Shown here one piece after another: positions 52,222 to 64,000 of a stretch of 64,000 nucleotides of DNA. The position numbers were made by a program, and so were the translations under genes. The notes below the pieces were generated by a model that ran no database searches, was not told the DNA's origin, and worked only from the letters and a program-made list of their open reading frames with translations. The number at the start of each line of letters is the position of its first letter. Positions within the stretch are counted from its first letter, which is position 1. Source of the stretch: Rhina ancylostomus (taxonomy: Eukaryota); NCBI GenBank assembly GCA_030265395.1, contig JARFYF010000012.1, positions 15,872,032-15,936,031 on the forward strand. The letters are read 5' to 3'.

Positions 52222-55200
52222 CTGAAAAATAACGAGATATGTAAATTTTGAGAACAATTTAGTGTAAGTATCATCAAAAAGGTTTGAGGTTTAGGCTAAC
52301 TTGACATTCTAGGTCACAAGACTTGCAAGGCATCTGTTTAAAAAAAATTAAAAAGAGTACTTCCATATCCACAGATACATGCCTGCCTCAGAATTAGATG
52401 GCAACAACTTTCAGCTTATATTTTTGCCAAGAGTGGACCCTGCCAAACAGTTAGTCCAGCCCAAGGGCTCAAATTTACAGCAAAGCAGGAGGAGGCCATT
52501 CTGCCCACTGGGTCCATGTCAACACTTTGGGGAGCAAGCCCATTAGCCCCATTCCCCATCTCCTTCTTTCCCTGCACCAATTTGTTGACAATTTTCACTG
52601 CAGGGGCTCTTGTTCAATCCTTTTAGTACTTGAGTGAGACGCACAATGTCAAAACTTGTTCCTCCGCTCAGTGGCTAACTATACTGAACTCAGGTAATGT
52701 GAAGAACAATAAATTTGACTAATGAGAAGACCATTTCCTTGGCTCTGTGGATATGTATTATTTAAGTAAATGGTGCACCCAGGGAAAATCTTCACTCTTT
52801 CTCTTACACCAGATGAGTCAGTTGTGCATGTTCCCCAATATGCCCACCAGCTGATTACAGAACTGTACTGACCAAGAATGAATTATTTGGATACATGATT
52901 TGTGAAGCAGAGGTGTGATCAGGAATTTAAATTCGATTGCTTTTGGAGAGCACTTTAACATATTTGTGAATGAAGTATGTACTTAACAGAAGAACAGGCC
53001 ATACCACTGCTGCCCACCCCATACACACACTCCTGCAAGAAGTAATTAGAATATTTATTTCAGATTTTTTTAAAAAAAGTAAAAATGTTAAGATATTTAC
53101 TAAATACTTAGACTTTTCTTTTAATATTTGTTAAGTATTCTTTGACCTAAAGTGATCAAACACATTGGAACCTGACAGGGTATATTCAAAAGATGTTATT
53201 ATATGGCAGATACTGTTGAATTGCTGCTGGTTTAAATCAGTGCAGCATTAGTGGTTGTGTATAATACTGCTGGGTTCAGGGTTTCTCTTGACCCAGGGAA
53301 AATGCAGCTCTGCTCATCCTACTTTATTGTGCCTTAATTTTAATTGTTATTAGGCAGCTGATTTTTAATAGAACTATGAAGAAAGCAGTCCAACAGATCA
53401 CAGAGAACATTTTAAACTGAGCATCAATGGGAACTGTGTTCTTTAACAGGGCTTTTATAAATATTCTTTTTGATGCTTGAAGCAATGGGTTCTATAAGAC
53501 ACAATACTGATGGCTAATAATGCAGTATTTGGTCCAAAGTACAGAATCCCATTGAAGTTTTACAAACATCTATGGTACATCATAATTTCACACACTTAAG
53601 CCCGGCTATGAGAGTAAACATTATACTTTGATGGATTTCTTTTACACTTACTGAGATAGAAATTGGCACAAACTCTAAAGGAAAATAATCTGGCAACTGA
53701 AATTTTTGCTGTAGGGAACTTGTTAAAAATAGGAAACTATTTAACTATTAAATTCTGGATAAGCATAAGCATCTCACAGCAGCTAATACAAATTTTTGGA
53801 TTATACATTAATAGTATGAGAAACATTTCACAAGGGGAACCATGTTATCTGAAGCTGAAAGTACAATAGAATTGTGTAAAATATGTGATCATTGAGGTAG
53901 AATATATATATATATGAGAGAGTGCAGTAATTTGGATCATTCTCTTTATAAAAATACCAAAGACAAGAAGAGAGAAACTGAATCCAAGTTTCCTTCTTAT
54001 TTGTCACAGAAGCCAACTAAATGGCTGTAATGAAGAATGACAAGCAAACATGTCAAAAAGTCTAATAAATCTTAGAATTAACATCCTTACTTGTCAAACC
54101 CACAGATAATAACATTAACATAGACTTACTATTTTCATGATAGATGCAGGAGATTCAGTAAATAGATGGACAGTTTCAAGTACAAGTGTCCAAAACTCTG
54201 GTTTACTTGGGTGACATAGTTGTCTACCACTGATGTCCTGATCTACTAGATAATGTAAATAGCTTAACATTGAATGTATTGCCAATAGTAAAAGGACCTT
54301 GAAATTCAACATTCAGGAATGGAGGCTACTCATGAGCTTTTCTTGAAATATAACAACAAACTGTGCCTCAAGAAATTCAAACAGAACCAAAAGGAACAAG
54401 AAGTAAATGCAGAAACAGGAATGGAGTTACTGATTCATTGTGGGCCACACATTCAGAGCTCATAGCCAGCATGGATCCTACTAGTTGACGGATGGATGCT
54501 GTAGCATTAATGAATTCCAGTAAAGGAATAATTTAAACTAATACTGCATTTGGGATCTGAATAGAAGGTGAAGCAGGACGGAATGGAATGGGCTCATAAA
54601 CTGCTTTACTTGCTCAGTATTTTGGGAGAATTTCTTTATTACAGACTGCAAAATAACTTTACATTATTTAGTTACTGTATATAATTCTTGGCTAGTAGTA
54701 GACTCCAGTTGAATCCATTTGTAGTTTGTTCTGAAAGGCTGAAGGAAACTACTTGCATTAATGGGGTATAAGGAAAGTTACTCCAATGCCAATATGAACA
54801 ATTAAAGGCCAACAAATTCATCTGAACTCAATCTCTGCCATTTAGACAGTTGCAGAAGTCTTTCTAATGTTGTTTTCAAAAGCTCTAAAGAAAATTAAAT
54901 GTATTTGTATCCATCCTAAAAAAAAAAGCACCTTCGATTCCCTTGCATAATGCTACTCTTATTTGGGAATAGAATTTGGGGAAGAGATGGGGAAAGTGAC
55001 TGGACTCCAGCTGAATTTCTCACACTGCTAACATGTATCCTTTGTCCCCAGGAAGAAGGCCATAGAGGGTCAGACCATAAAAACAGCTACTGGGGTGCGT
55101 GGGCAAGGGATGAGTGCATTCTCCATTAATAGGAGGGAGGTGGAAGGGTCTTCCAGGGCAGAGGAGTCTGCACAAGCAACAGAAGAGCAGGGTGTGCAGC

Positions 55201-55512
55201 AGCCAAGTTCCTAGTATAAGGGCACTTCTTGTAGGATGATGCCAAGGAGGTGTCTGTAGGATCAAGAGCACCCTCTCCTCATGCCTGCACTGCAGTCAAA
55301 TGCTCCTGCTGGGTCTAAATGTTAAAGTCATACTCATCAAAAATCAAAGGATTCCCACTGTTATGACTGAGCTTCTTTAAGCTTCTGGCAGTGAGAAGTA
55401 ATGTGTCAGCAGGGGCTGCCTGAAAAGTGAGGTTTCTGGGTGACTTTGACTGTGTCGGTTGTATGGAAGGTTTTCTAAGGTCTCAGATGTGAATGAGGAA
55501 CTTGAGGAGTTG

Positions 55513-55795
55513 GAGATACAAGAGACTGCAGATGCTGGAATCTGGACCAACAGACAAAGCACGGGAGGGACTCAGTGGGTCAGGCAGCATCTATGGAGGG
55601 AAATGGACAGTTGACGTCCTGGGTTGGGACCCTTCCTCTGGACTGAAAGGTAGAGAGGAGATACTGGCTATCTCCCCTCTATCTTTCAGTCCAGATGAAG
55701 GGTCTCAATCCGAAATGTTGACCGTCCATTTCCCTTCATAGATGATGTCTGACCCGNNNNNCCGCTGAGTTCCTCCAGTGCTTTGTGTGTTGTAC
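55513..55795. mobile_element. Penelope-derived palindromic element (inverted terminal repeats)
   Basis: Arms 55548-55663 and 55669-55792 are reverse complements around a 5-nt loop. Flanked by cttgaggagttg and cttgaagaattg (10/12 direct repeat). Confidence 0.9.
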
Positions 55796-56751
55796 CTTGA
55801 AGAATTGTGGCTCTCACAGATATTTTTCATGTGAGAAGTGTTGAAGCCTGATTTTGGGTGCCACCCTTTCATAGATGTCGTTCTCCTTATATTTGCTCAC
55901 TCCTCTTAGACAGGGAACCACTTCTCTATTTGCAAGGTTTCATCTGGCATTTCTGGCCACAGAAATCATCTGGGGGTGTGATGATGGGACCCCTAATCTA
56001 GGTCAGTTTACTTGAAGTTTATTTTACAGCCGTCGGTCTATGACAGCAGGACAGAGCTGTCTGGCCTTTTAATCAATGCTGGTGTGGAGCTCTCAGCAAA
56101 AGTAAAAGCTATATGTATACTCTGTGAGTGAACAGTGGCTGTTGTTATTTTGACCAATGTGGTTGGAAAACTTGCTGTTGACAACTTATTGTTGTTGCTA
56201 CTTGGGCAGACTAATTTGCCAGAAAATTAAGGCCATGCAAGAAAATTAAGGTGCAAGAAAATCTCACCCCATATTAAGACTATTAACATTAAGACACCCC
56301 ATATTAATAAGATATTAACCCATATTAACCCTTAGTGTTAACTTGCATCAAACCAAGCAAAGGTTTGTTTGATATCTTGTTAATGCAAGTTTCATCTGTG
56401 AAATATCCATTTTTCTTATATTTTACAGACAAATTTCTAAGCTAAAATCTTTTCCTTATGTTGGGGGCCTGAATATTTTGCTGAATAAATTGTTCTTAAG
56501 TTTTCTACTTAATGACATGGCAAAGAAATCTTGTGAAATAATTACAAGAAGAATGTTTCAACTTTGTACATACTGCTAACAGAAGCAGGTTAAGATTTGA
56601 CATCAAGGCAGTGGGATCAATATGACTAACCTCATCTTAAATTACCCTTACCCGATATTTTCCAGGTAGAGAGAATTCAAATTAAGAAATGACATTACAA
56701 CATCACGTTGAAAAAGTTACATCAGTGAAGAAGAGCAGAATGCTTTCTTAC

Positions 56752-56862
56752 CTAAGCAATGCTTTCAAAGACTCTTTGGTAAATAGTTTTCCTTTGTTTG
56801 ATTCATTGAGCGGTGATTGATGCTGATTTTCAGTGAAGAAAACATCTGGAACCATGTCACCC
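56752..56862 (-). CDS. PLEKHS1: PLEKHS1-like internal exon
   Basis: Acceptor tttctttgtacag|G, donor TTAG|gtaaga. 111 nt, phase 2-2. Translates GDMVPDVFFTENQHQSPLNESNKGKLFTKESLKALL(S). Confidence 0.7.
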
Positions 56863-57554
56863 CTGTACAAAGAAATCAGGCTGTCAGTGCCATGTTCATC
56901 ATGCACTGTGCTNNNNNNNNNNNNNNNNNNNNNNNNNNNNNNNNNNNNNNNNNNNNNNNNNNNNNNNNNNNNNNNNNNNNNNNNNNNNNNNNNNNNNNNN
57001 NNNNNNNNNNNNTGTGCTGCACAAAGTTTAAGTAAATTTTTAAAGAGCATACTAAGCCTGGGTTACTGCTTACTTAATTAGCATGAAAACTAATTTAATG
57101 TTCATTATAATCCCTTCACACAAATACTTTAAAGTAAGCAGTCTTTAGATAAATATATGAAATATAACAGAAATTAATAATGATATTCTAGGTTTTACCT
57201 CAACCATATACAAATTGTTATGCTTCAGTCTTTATTTAATGCCCCGTAATGCTTAAAAGGTTAAAACCATGCCGTTTTTGCTTCCTAGTATGCTGCACGT
57301 GAGAATTTCTTTTAATGCAATTGGCTGCTCAGCTAGCTTCATGACATCACAATTGTTGGGAGCCAGGGATCCTCATGACTTATGCCTGACAGCAGCAAGT
57401 ACTGGAAAAACAAAATCAATGCCACAGAGATAACCCGATCTCCGGTGAAGCTTTTTTCAATTGGCAACCAGCTCATTTGCTTTGCTGCTCATTGCAAATT
57501 CTGGAACTGTAAATTTAAGTGGGTGCGAATCAGTGTAATGGGGAAAAACAATAA

Positions 57555-57780
57555 AATGTGGAACGAAAACCGAAAATGCCAGAGACACCCAGCAGGTCAC
57601 AGAGCTTCTGTGAAAAAGGAAAAAAGTCAGCATTTTAGGTCAATGAGCCTTCGCTAATTCTGATACAAAGGATCATGAACCTGAAATGTTGATTCTATTT
57701 CTTTCTCCACAGATGCTGCCTGACCTGTTCAGTATTTCTGCCATTTTTGGTCTTTGTTTCAGATTTCTACCAGCTGTAGT
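57555..57780. mobile_element. Older Penelope-derived palindromic element
   Basis: cagcaggtca...gtcagcattttaggtc mirrors acctgaaatgttgatt...tgacctgttc, with the centre near 57655. Confidence 0.75.
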
Positions 57781-58514
57781 GTTTTTGTTCAAGAAATTGA
57801 CAAAACTTGTGGAAATATTAATTTCAATGTCACCTCACCACTGGGGTGCACGGATGAAAGGAACAGAGCTCAGCTCCGTAAGCAGTATCCAATCAATTTT
57901 TAATTAAGGGCCGATAAAATCAAATCCACACTGTGCCACTCCCTGGCATTTAATTGCAAACTTGCTATCGCATCAGAATTCCTACTGAAAAGCATCTCTT
58001 GTTGTTTACAAAGTATAACGTTATAACATTGTTAACATGGAAATAAACAACACCTGAAATGTTGATCATAAATATGTCAAGTGAATTTAACAGAACTGGA
58101 TAGAAATTTATCTTGAGATGCATCCATTCTATGCGTTAATAGAGTAGCAACTGCAACTTGTACTCTGCCCTTTGAAATTCATTTCCATTAATAAATTTTG
58201 TCCCTGAAATCTTTTCAATGTCACACCCAAAGGCCCAAATCTAAACCAATGCCCAAATGGGTTTGACACCATAATCTACTAATCCCTATCACTCAGCTGT
58301 GCATTCCATGTACAATGAAAAGTGACTCGTTGTTATCTTTAACCACAGCTCATTATCTACTGGAGTTTGAAACTAATTTGCATATGAGTCATGAAAGGAA
58401 TAGGATAGAGAACAAGCCATTTTATTTGTAAGATGTATTTAGGGAGGTGAACTGCCAAAGGTAAACAGTAAAACTTATGGTTGGTGTCCATCTTGTAACG
58501 TTATAAGTACATAC

Positions 58515-58601
58515 TTTGCCATATGATTGTGATTGTCTTCATGTATATGCTCAGAAGATCCAAGACAGTTGATGGATGAAGTTGAGCCATTCCAGTCTTG
58601 A
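58515..58601 (-). CDS. PLEKHS1: PLEKHS1-like internal exon (Ser-rich linker)
   Basis: Acceptor ttttttatggcag|T, donor CAAA|gtatgt. 87 nt, phase 2-2. Translates QDWNGSTSSINCLGSSEHIHEDNHNHMA(K). Confidence 0.62.
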
Positions 58602-58787
58602 CTGCCATAAAAAACATTGAAATGTAGCTGGTTTGATTTACCAAATACTTAACTATCCATGTTTAGTTTTTTTAACTGAGTATACTGCTATATGGAATGG
58701 TATAAAAGAGATTTGAAATAAATACAACTTTTTCTTCTAGGCATGATTGCTTGTCTCTAATATGGCTCCACTCAGTCTTAAAATTAC

Positions 58788-58839
58788 CTGTCTATACTTA
58801 TGGGAAGTGTCATGTTAGAATCCTGTGTCGACCCAACTG
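58788..58839 (-). CDS. PLEKHS1: Possible PLEKHS1 internal exon
   Basis: NAGNAG acceptor tcttcag|cag, donor CAG|gtaatt. 52 nt, phase 1 to 2. Translates VGSTQDSNMTLPISID(S). Confidence 0.45.
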
Positions 58840-59704
58840 CTGAAGATAGATTTTAAAAATCAAAACTGCTAAAGAGAAGACCAGATGTAGCAATTTTGAT
58901 TTTTAACATCTTTTTTATATGCCCCTCTTCTGGTACAAATAAATTTTTGTATTTTAAAATAAATTAATTATTTTCTTTTGATGCAAATCTTTGAGTGGCT
59001 TTTTGTTACTAAAGAAGAGACAATTCATCTTCAACTTATGTAGATGGTGTACAGATTTTGACAGTGGATGGTGTATGGGAATGAAGAGAGGATGGAGCTG
59101 GTGAGCTCAACATTTCACATCTCTCTGATGGAAAAAATGCATTCAGTACTAGAATACCACATCAAAGAGGCCTCACTTTGAAAAGCTTTCCAAAAACCTT
59201 TTCGTTTGGAAAGCAAGAATTAACAAGGAACCAGGCATCATCTCTCTCAACAAGATCATAATTCTGTTAAGTCTGGCAGGCAACTCAAAAGAAGATTTAG
59301 TGAATCATTTTTCACAGCAGCTTGCTGGTTTGTAAACATTTCCCAACACTTTTGGCTGCAGGATGCCATCACAATGCTGAATATGATCAATTTTTCTTAA
59401 ATTTCTTGTTGGAGGAAGATTATTGCTTTTGCACAGCAAGGCCCACAGATATTGGGTGTGAATTACCAGTGCAGTGCTTACAGCGATAGACCACTCTTTG
59501 GGACCTGAGAGGAAACTGGAGGTCTGGATTGAACCTGGGTTTCTGGAGCTGTGAGGCAGAACATCCACCAGCTATCCCAGCACTGAAACCTGATTGAGAC
59601 CAGCCACTGTGATGGGTGACAATAGCAGAAAGCCGTCTGATTTACTTGAATGTGGGGTGTAGTGAAGTATTACCATACCTCATGTATCCCATTTGGGTAC
59701 ATAC

Positions 59705-59733
59705 ATGTGACCAATTGACCTCTTTCTTGAGAG
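59705..59733 (-). CDS. PLEKHS1: Possible 29-nt PLEKHS1 micro-exon
   Basis: Acceptor gtttgtgctgttag|C, donor CAT|gtatgt. Phase 2 to 1, giving SQERGQLVT(S). Invoked only to bridge phase to the 58788-58839 exon. Confidence 0.35.
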
Positions 59734-60323
59734 CTAACAGCACAAACCTTTAAGCCACTTGATATTTCCTGACTGCAGCCAGAGCTGGCTGCCCCACACC
59801 AAATTAATCGCATAGCAGGGCTTGGAACTATTAAATTTATTTGAATATGAGAAAGGCCTCAAGCCTATTTCAGGTATGGCCNNNNNNNNNNNNNNNNNNN
59901 NNNNNNNNNNNNNNNNNNNNNNNNNNNNNNNNNNNNNNNNNNNNNNNNNNNNNNNNNNNNNNNNNNNNNNNNNNNNNNNNNAATATGAGAAAGGCCTCAA
60001 GCCTATTTCAGGTCTGGCCACTGCATTGTGATTTTATTTATTTTTAACAATATGGTAAAGGGTGAACTTTTAGCTTATAGTGAACTTAAACCTCCACCAG
60101 GAAAGGTAATGATGGAAGAGATGCTGTCTAGAACTAAAATAAAAATGGGCCCATCGGTCAATTTTAAACAGGATCTTTATGTGCCCGTTAAACAAGCACA
60201 TTGTGATTGACTGTATCTACACAAGTACCTTTCTCTCATACATTGCTTAAAACATCTTTCTATGTACTGTGATCTTTTACTTTTGACTATTGAGCTGCCA
60301 TTCAAACTCTCTTTTATACTCAC

Positions 60324-60385
60324 ATCGAGGCCATAGGCTCATAGATCCCTGAGTCGGCCGACATTCCTTTATTATTTCTCCACTC
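60324..60385 (-). CDS. PLEKHS1: PLEKHS1-like exon with YxxM motif
   Basis: Acceptor aaatttag|GAG, donor GAT|gtgagt. 62 nt, phase 0 to 2. Translates EWRNNKGMSADSGIYEPMAS(I); YEPM fits the p85-SH2 YxxM consensus known in mammalian PLEKHS1. Confidence 0.8.
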
Positions 60386-61647
60386 CTAAATTTGTTTTTA
60401 AAAAAAAACTGAATTAGCTTTAAAAAGTAAATATAAATGAGCCATTTGGCATATTCAAATACACTGTCATTTTTTAAAATTATCTAAATACTTGAATATT
60501 AAGGTTTCTGGATTTGTCAAGTCTACTTACAGGTTGGCTTTTTTGAGCTGGGGGCTAATTGTGTGGATCAATTTCTGTTGACTATTAAAATTTTGCCTAA
60601 TGTATATAATTAACTCGACTACAAGAATGGTGGTCTGGCTTTATAATGTATCAATTTCTTGGCATAAATCTTCAAATGTTATTTTCCTTTTAATATCCTG
60701 TCCAATTGATCTAATGGAATCTCAGCAATGTAACCTCTAAATTGTATGGAGAATGGAGCATCCAGTGTCACTGTCAAATGTTTCCAATGGAGGTGATGAA
60801 ATAATGTTCCCATCACTCAGCCTAATCCCAAATGGGAAGAGAGAGGATGGTCCATCCTCTAATTTCATCTCGTTCCTTCTGGTTTTGATGCATCATCACA
60901 GCTCTCCCAGATGACAGGATTGGTAGATGACTCCTCCTGGCAGGACTCCACTACCAGTTACTTGGAGATGAGTAAAGCCAACACAATGAAACCTCTAGTC
61001 CATTAAAAGTGTTTGGCCTTTACCCACAGTAATACCATATGGAGTTGGGAACAGGATGGCAACTTGTGATTTTGACTTGCACATTTCAAGTGTGGGATAC
61101 CTTACACCTTATACAATATATTTTACAAATAAATAATACTTTTTGAACCTCATCCATGCCAGTCAAAGTTTCCAGATGAAAGGATTTGGTACACATTAAC
61201 CTTTGGTAGAAAAAGTTAAGTAATTAATGGATATTTTTGTTTATTTGCTCATAGTATATAGTTGAGCAGCATTTATTGCTAGTCTTTAATTGACCTGGAA
61301 CTGATTGGTTTACCAGGCCTTTCCTGAAGGTAGATAGTAGGTGGGCTGGAGTTACACATAGGCCTGATCAGGTAAGGACTGCAGATGTCCTTCCTTTGAT
61401 GATGCTAATAAGCCAGTTAAGCTTTAACAACAATCCAGTAGTTTCACAGTCACCATTACTGATACCAGTTTTTGATTGTGTTTTTTATTTAACTGGCTGA
61501 ACTTAAACTCAAACTCATGTCTCTGGATCGATAGTTTATGTCTTTGGTTCAGGAATTTAACTAAAATGTTACTATAGCCTCAGTGGAAAATAAACACACT
61601 TTGCGGGTAAGGAACAGGAATTATTTAAAAACTCTTGTTAAACTTAC

Positions 61648-61749
61648 AGCAGCTACAATCTTCCTGGGTACATCATAGAGGGCTGGTGGATCTGGGGCAG
61701 GCAGTGAATAAGTGCGTTGCTTTTCTTTGTTGACTGGACGTGGTGTGGG
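61648..61749 (-). CDS. PLEKHS1: PLEKHS1-like adaptor, internal exon with YDVP motif
   Basis: Minus-strand acceptor ttttatcacttgtag|CCC, donor GCT|gtaagt. 102 nt, phase 0-0. Translates PTPRPVNKEKQRTYSLPAPDPPALYDVPRKIVAA. Confidence 0.8.
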
Positions 61750-62529
61750 CTACAAGTGATAAAAGATGAATGAAACAACTTAGTGTTTTGACACCTTTTC
61801 AGAGCAATTACGTTCATGTTGTAATTTAATTTTGCCAATATTTATATGATAAGCACTTTTTCCATTTCTTCTGCATTTTGTGTAATATTGCTGATAATTT
61901 CAAACAAATCAATGAAATATGATACTGATGGTCATTTCCATTTATATAGAACATGTAGTGTAGCAAAAAAAGTCTCACAACTGGGACTATCTAACAAATA
62001 AAAATAGATTCTATGCCATACAAGGAGGTATTGGGGTGGATAATCACAAGCTCAGTCAAAAAGGTAGATTTTAAGGAGTATTTCAAATGGGGAAAAAGGC
62101 AGGAAGAGGCAGTGAGGATTAGAGAGGGTGTTATAGGACCTAGAGCCTTGATAACTAATGACAAGGTCACCAGTGATGGAAATATTAAACCAGGGGATGA
62201 ATTGGAGGGCAGAATTAGAGGACTGAAGATACCCAGGCTTGTTACAGAGAGGGAAGGCAATAGAAGAATTTGAAAATAAGGATGAGAATTTTAAAACAAA
62301 AATGTTGCTTTACTGGGAGTCAATGTAGGTCAATGTTACACTGTGTCAGGCGAATAGGATTTGGTTTGAGTTATGATCTGTGCAGAAGAGTTCTAGATGG
62401 CATCATACTTGAAGTCAATGAATCTGAAGGTGTGGAGACACGTACAGTAGGCAAGAAAAATCCTCCCGAGATTAGTGCTGACAGCCAGTGATCTATTTCT
62501 TCTCTTATATCTCACAAAGTACCTTTAAC

Positions 62530-62850
62530 CTTCTCTGCCATTCAGTAAGATCATGGTTGTTCCCAGTCCCCATTGCCCTCTGATTCCCTTAATATGCCTC
62601 GTTAGAATAGAGAAAAGCTATCATGTTCACAAGTAGTATGTAACATATCATTAGAAAAGAAACAGGAATAGGCCATTTGGCCCCTCGAGCCCTCTCTCTC
62701 CCATTTAGCAAGACCAAATAGGATCTTTTACTGAAGCAACACTTTCCTTATCACTTGATTCCCCTAACGTCTAAATGTCTATTGATCTTTAATGTATTCA
62801 GCAGTTCAGCAACCACAACCCTCAGTTAGAGAATTTCACAGATTCACCTC
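62530..62850 (-). mobile_element. Degraded CR1 3' ends
   Basis: aacaggaataggccatttggcccctcgagcc...agagaatttcacagattcac, plus ctgccattcagtaagatcatgg. Confidence 0.65.
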
Positions 62851-64000
62851 TCACCCTTTTAAACCCAAAAGAGTGTAGAGTAAAGGATGCTTTTGCAAAT
62901 AGTTCAATAACTTGCCAGAATATTCAATGCAAGGACTGTTTGGTGAGCATTTGGCATGAAGCAGATCTTTGATGACCTTAAGCTACATAATAATAGAACT
63001 GTATTCATCTGTGAGAGAGTGCCAGATAAGTCTATTTTTCTGCTGCCTAGACACTATCGCAATGCTTTCTGCTCTTTGTGGGCTGGCTTGTCTGCATCGA
63101 GAATACTAGCACTATAATCTACAGCATCGTCTGGTTTGTTCACCATCAGTCCTTTCCTAATGATCAAATGGCCACATATCACCACTATGAGAAAGGTAGT
63201 GCTGGGTACACATTACAAGGCAAGTCAAGACTGATGTGTCCACTTGGATGTTCCTTCGAATATCTCTGTGAGTTGGATGAAGGGGAAAGGGAAAGGCCTG
63301 AAATCTAGGGCTGGTAAATCACCTTGACTTAACTCCATCTTCTGTAACTCATCTGTCATGGGACAGGCTGCTGCTTTTGCAGTGTGCTCTCAACTTGAAC
63401 AGAATTTATAGAGTCATCAGTCATCATAGAGCATATAGCACAGAACACAGGCCCTTTGGCCCAGCAAATCCATGCTGACCATCAAACAGCCATTTTACAT
63501 TTATCCTAATTCATCTGCAACAATTTCCCCCAGATTTTACTACTCTTCTGCTCTGAGCAATTTACTGTGCTAATTAACCTACCAAGTCACACACATCTAT
63601 GGGATTTGGGGAGAAATAAGGCACTCAAGGTGGAAAGTGCAAACTCCATGTAGACAGCACAGAGATCAGGGTTGATCCTTGTTGCTTGAGCTGTGAGGAA
63701 GCCGTTCTGCCAGTGTGTTATTGCCAAAGCTTTATAAAGAGGACATTTATATTACCTGTGACATCCTGTGGAGAATATTCCTGGGAATGTCATAAATTTG
63801 TTCTGTCTCTTCTGAGAAAGTATGTTCAACAAATGGTTTTGGATTAATCGCTGTTCTTTGTTGTTTGTTAACCTGCAAACAAAATGCATTAGTTAATTAA
63901 GTCTGCCCAGTCTACCACATTCATTCAAATATGTAGCACCTTCTGTGTTTTCAGCACCTGCTCAGCTCAAAATGGTTTAACTAAGATATTCAGCCTTATG

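Noticed and set aside
54115-54312. Minus-strand ORF with a good donor (ATA|gtaagt) as an extra PLEKHS1 exon
   Set aside because: No acceptor gives a stop-free phase 2-2 exon, and the flanking exons join in frame without it.
59844-60020. 38-bp sequence repeated on both sides of a 100-N gap
   Set aside because: A single mismatch directly at the contig ends is typical of unmerged haplotype overlap, so probably an assembly artefact. It is not a CRISPR-like repeat.
5727-60047. Long ORFs containing runs of X
   Set aside because: They are open only because N gaps contain no stop codons.
60911-60971. Plus-strand peptide DDSSWQDSTTSYLEM with a YxxM motif
   Set aside because: It is on the wrong strand for PLEKHS1, has a weak donor and no partner exons; probably chance.

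Overview
Eukaryotic, AT-rich, repeat-rich genomic DNA from a gapped short-read assembly. The repeat repertoire (V-type and Deu-type SINEs, CR1/L2, Rex1-Babar, Tx1, Penelope) points to a cartilaginous fish, probably a ray or shark; this is inference. Two convergent genes could be read by hand. On +, the last two coding exons of DCLRE1A/SNM1A lie at 7214-7355 and 7876-8048. On -, a phase-consistent chain of up to ten small exons (61749 down to 46360) encodes the C-terminal half of a PLEKHS1-like adaptor with YDVP and YEPM motifs and a PDZ-like region. The tail-to-tail DCLRE1A/PLEKHS1 arrangement matches vertebrate synteny. The roughly 35 kb between the genes is mostly decayed retroelements plus a few candidate regulatory elements. 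Most supplied ORFs are spurious. The most notable oddities are Penelope-derived palindromes carrying degenerate hammerhead-ribozyme cores, a diverged intronic copy of the DCLRE1A stop-codon region bounded by a 9-bp direct repeat, a possible two-LTR element with an AATAC target-site duplication, and two SINEs with the same body but different LINE-derived tails. No CRISPR, rRNA or genuine tRNA gene was seen. Repeat boundaries are approximate and family names come from recalled motifs, not database searches.
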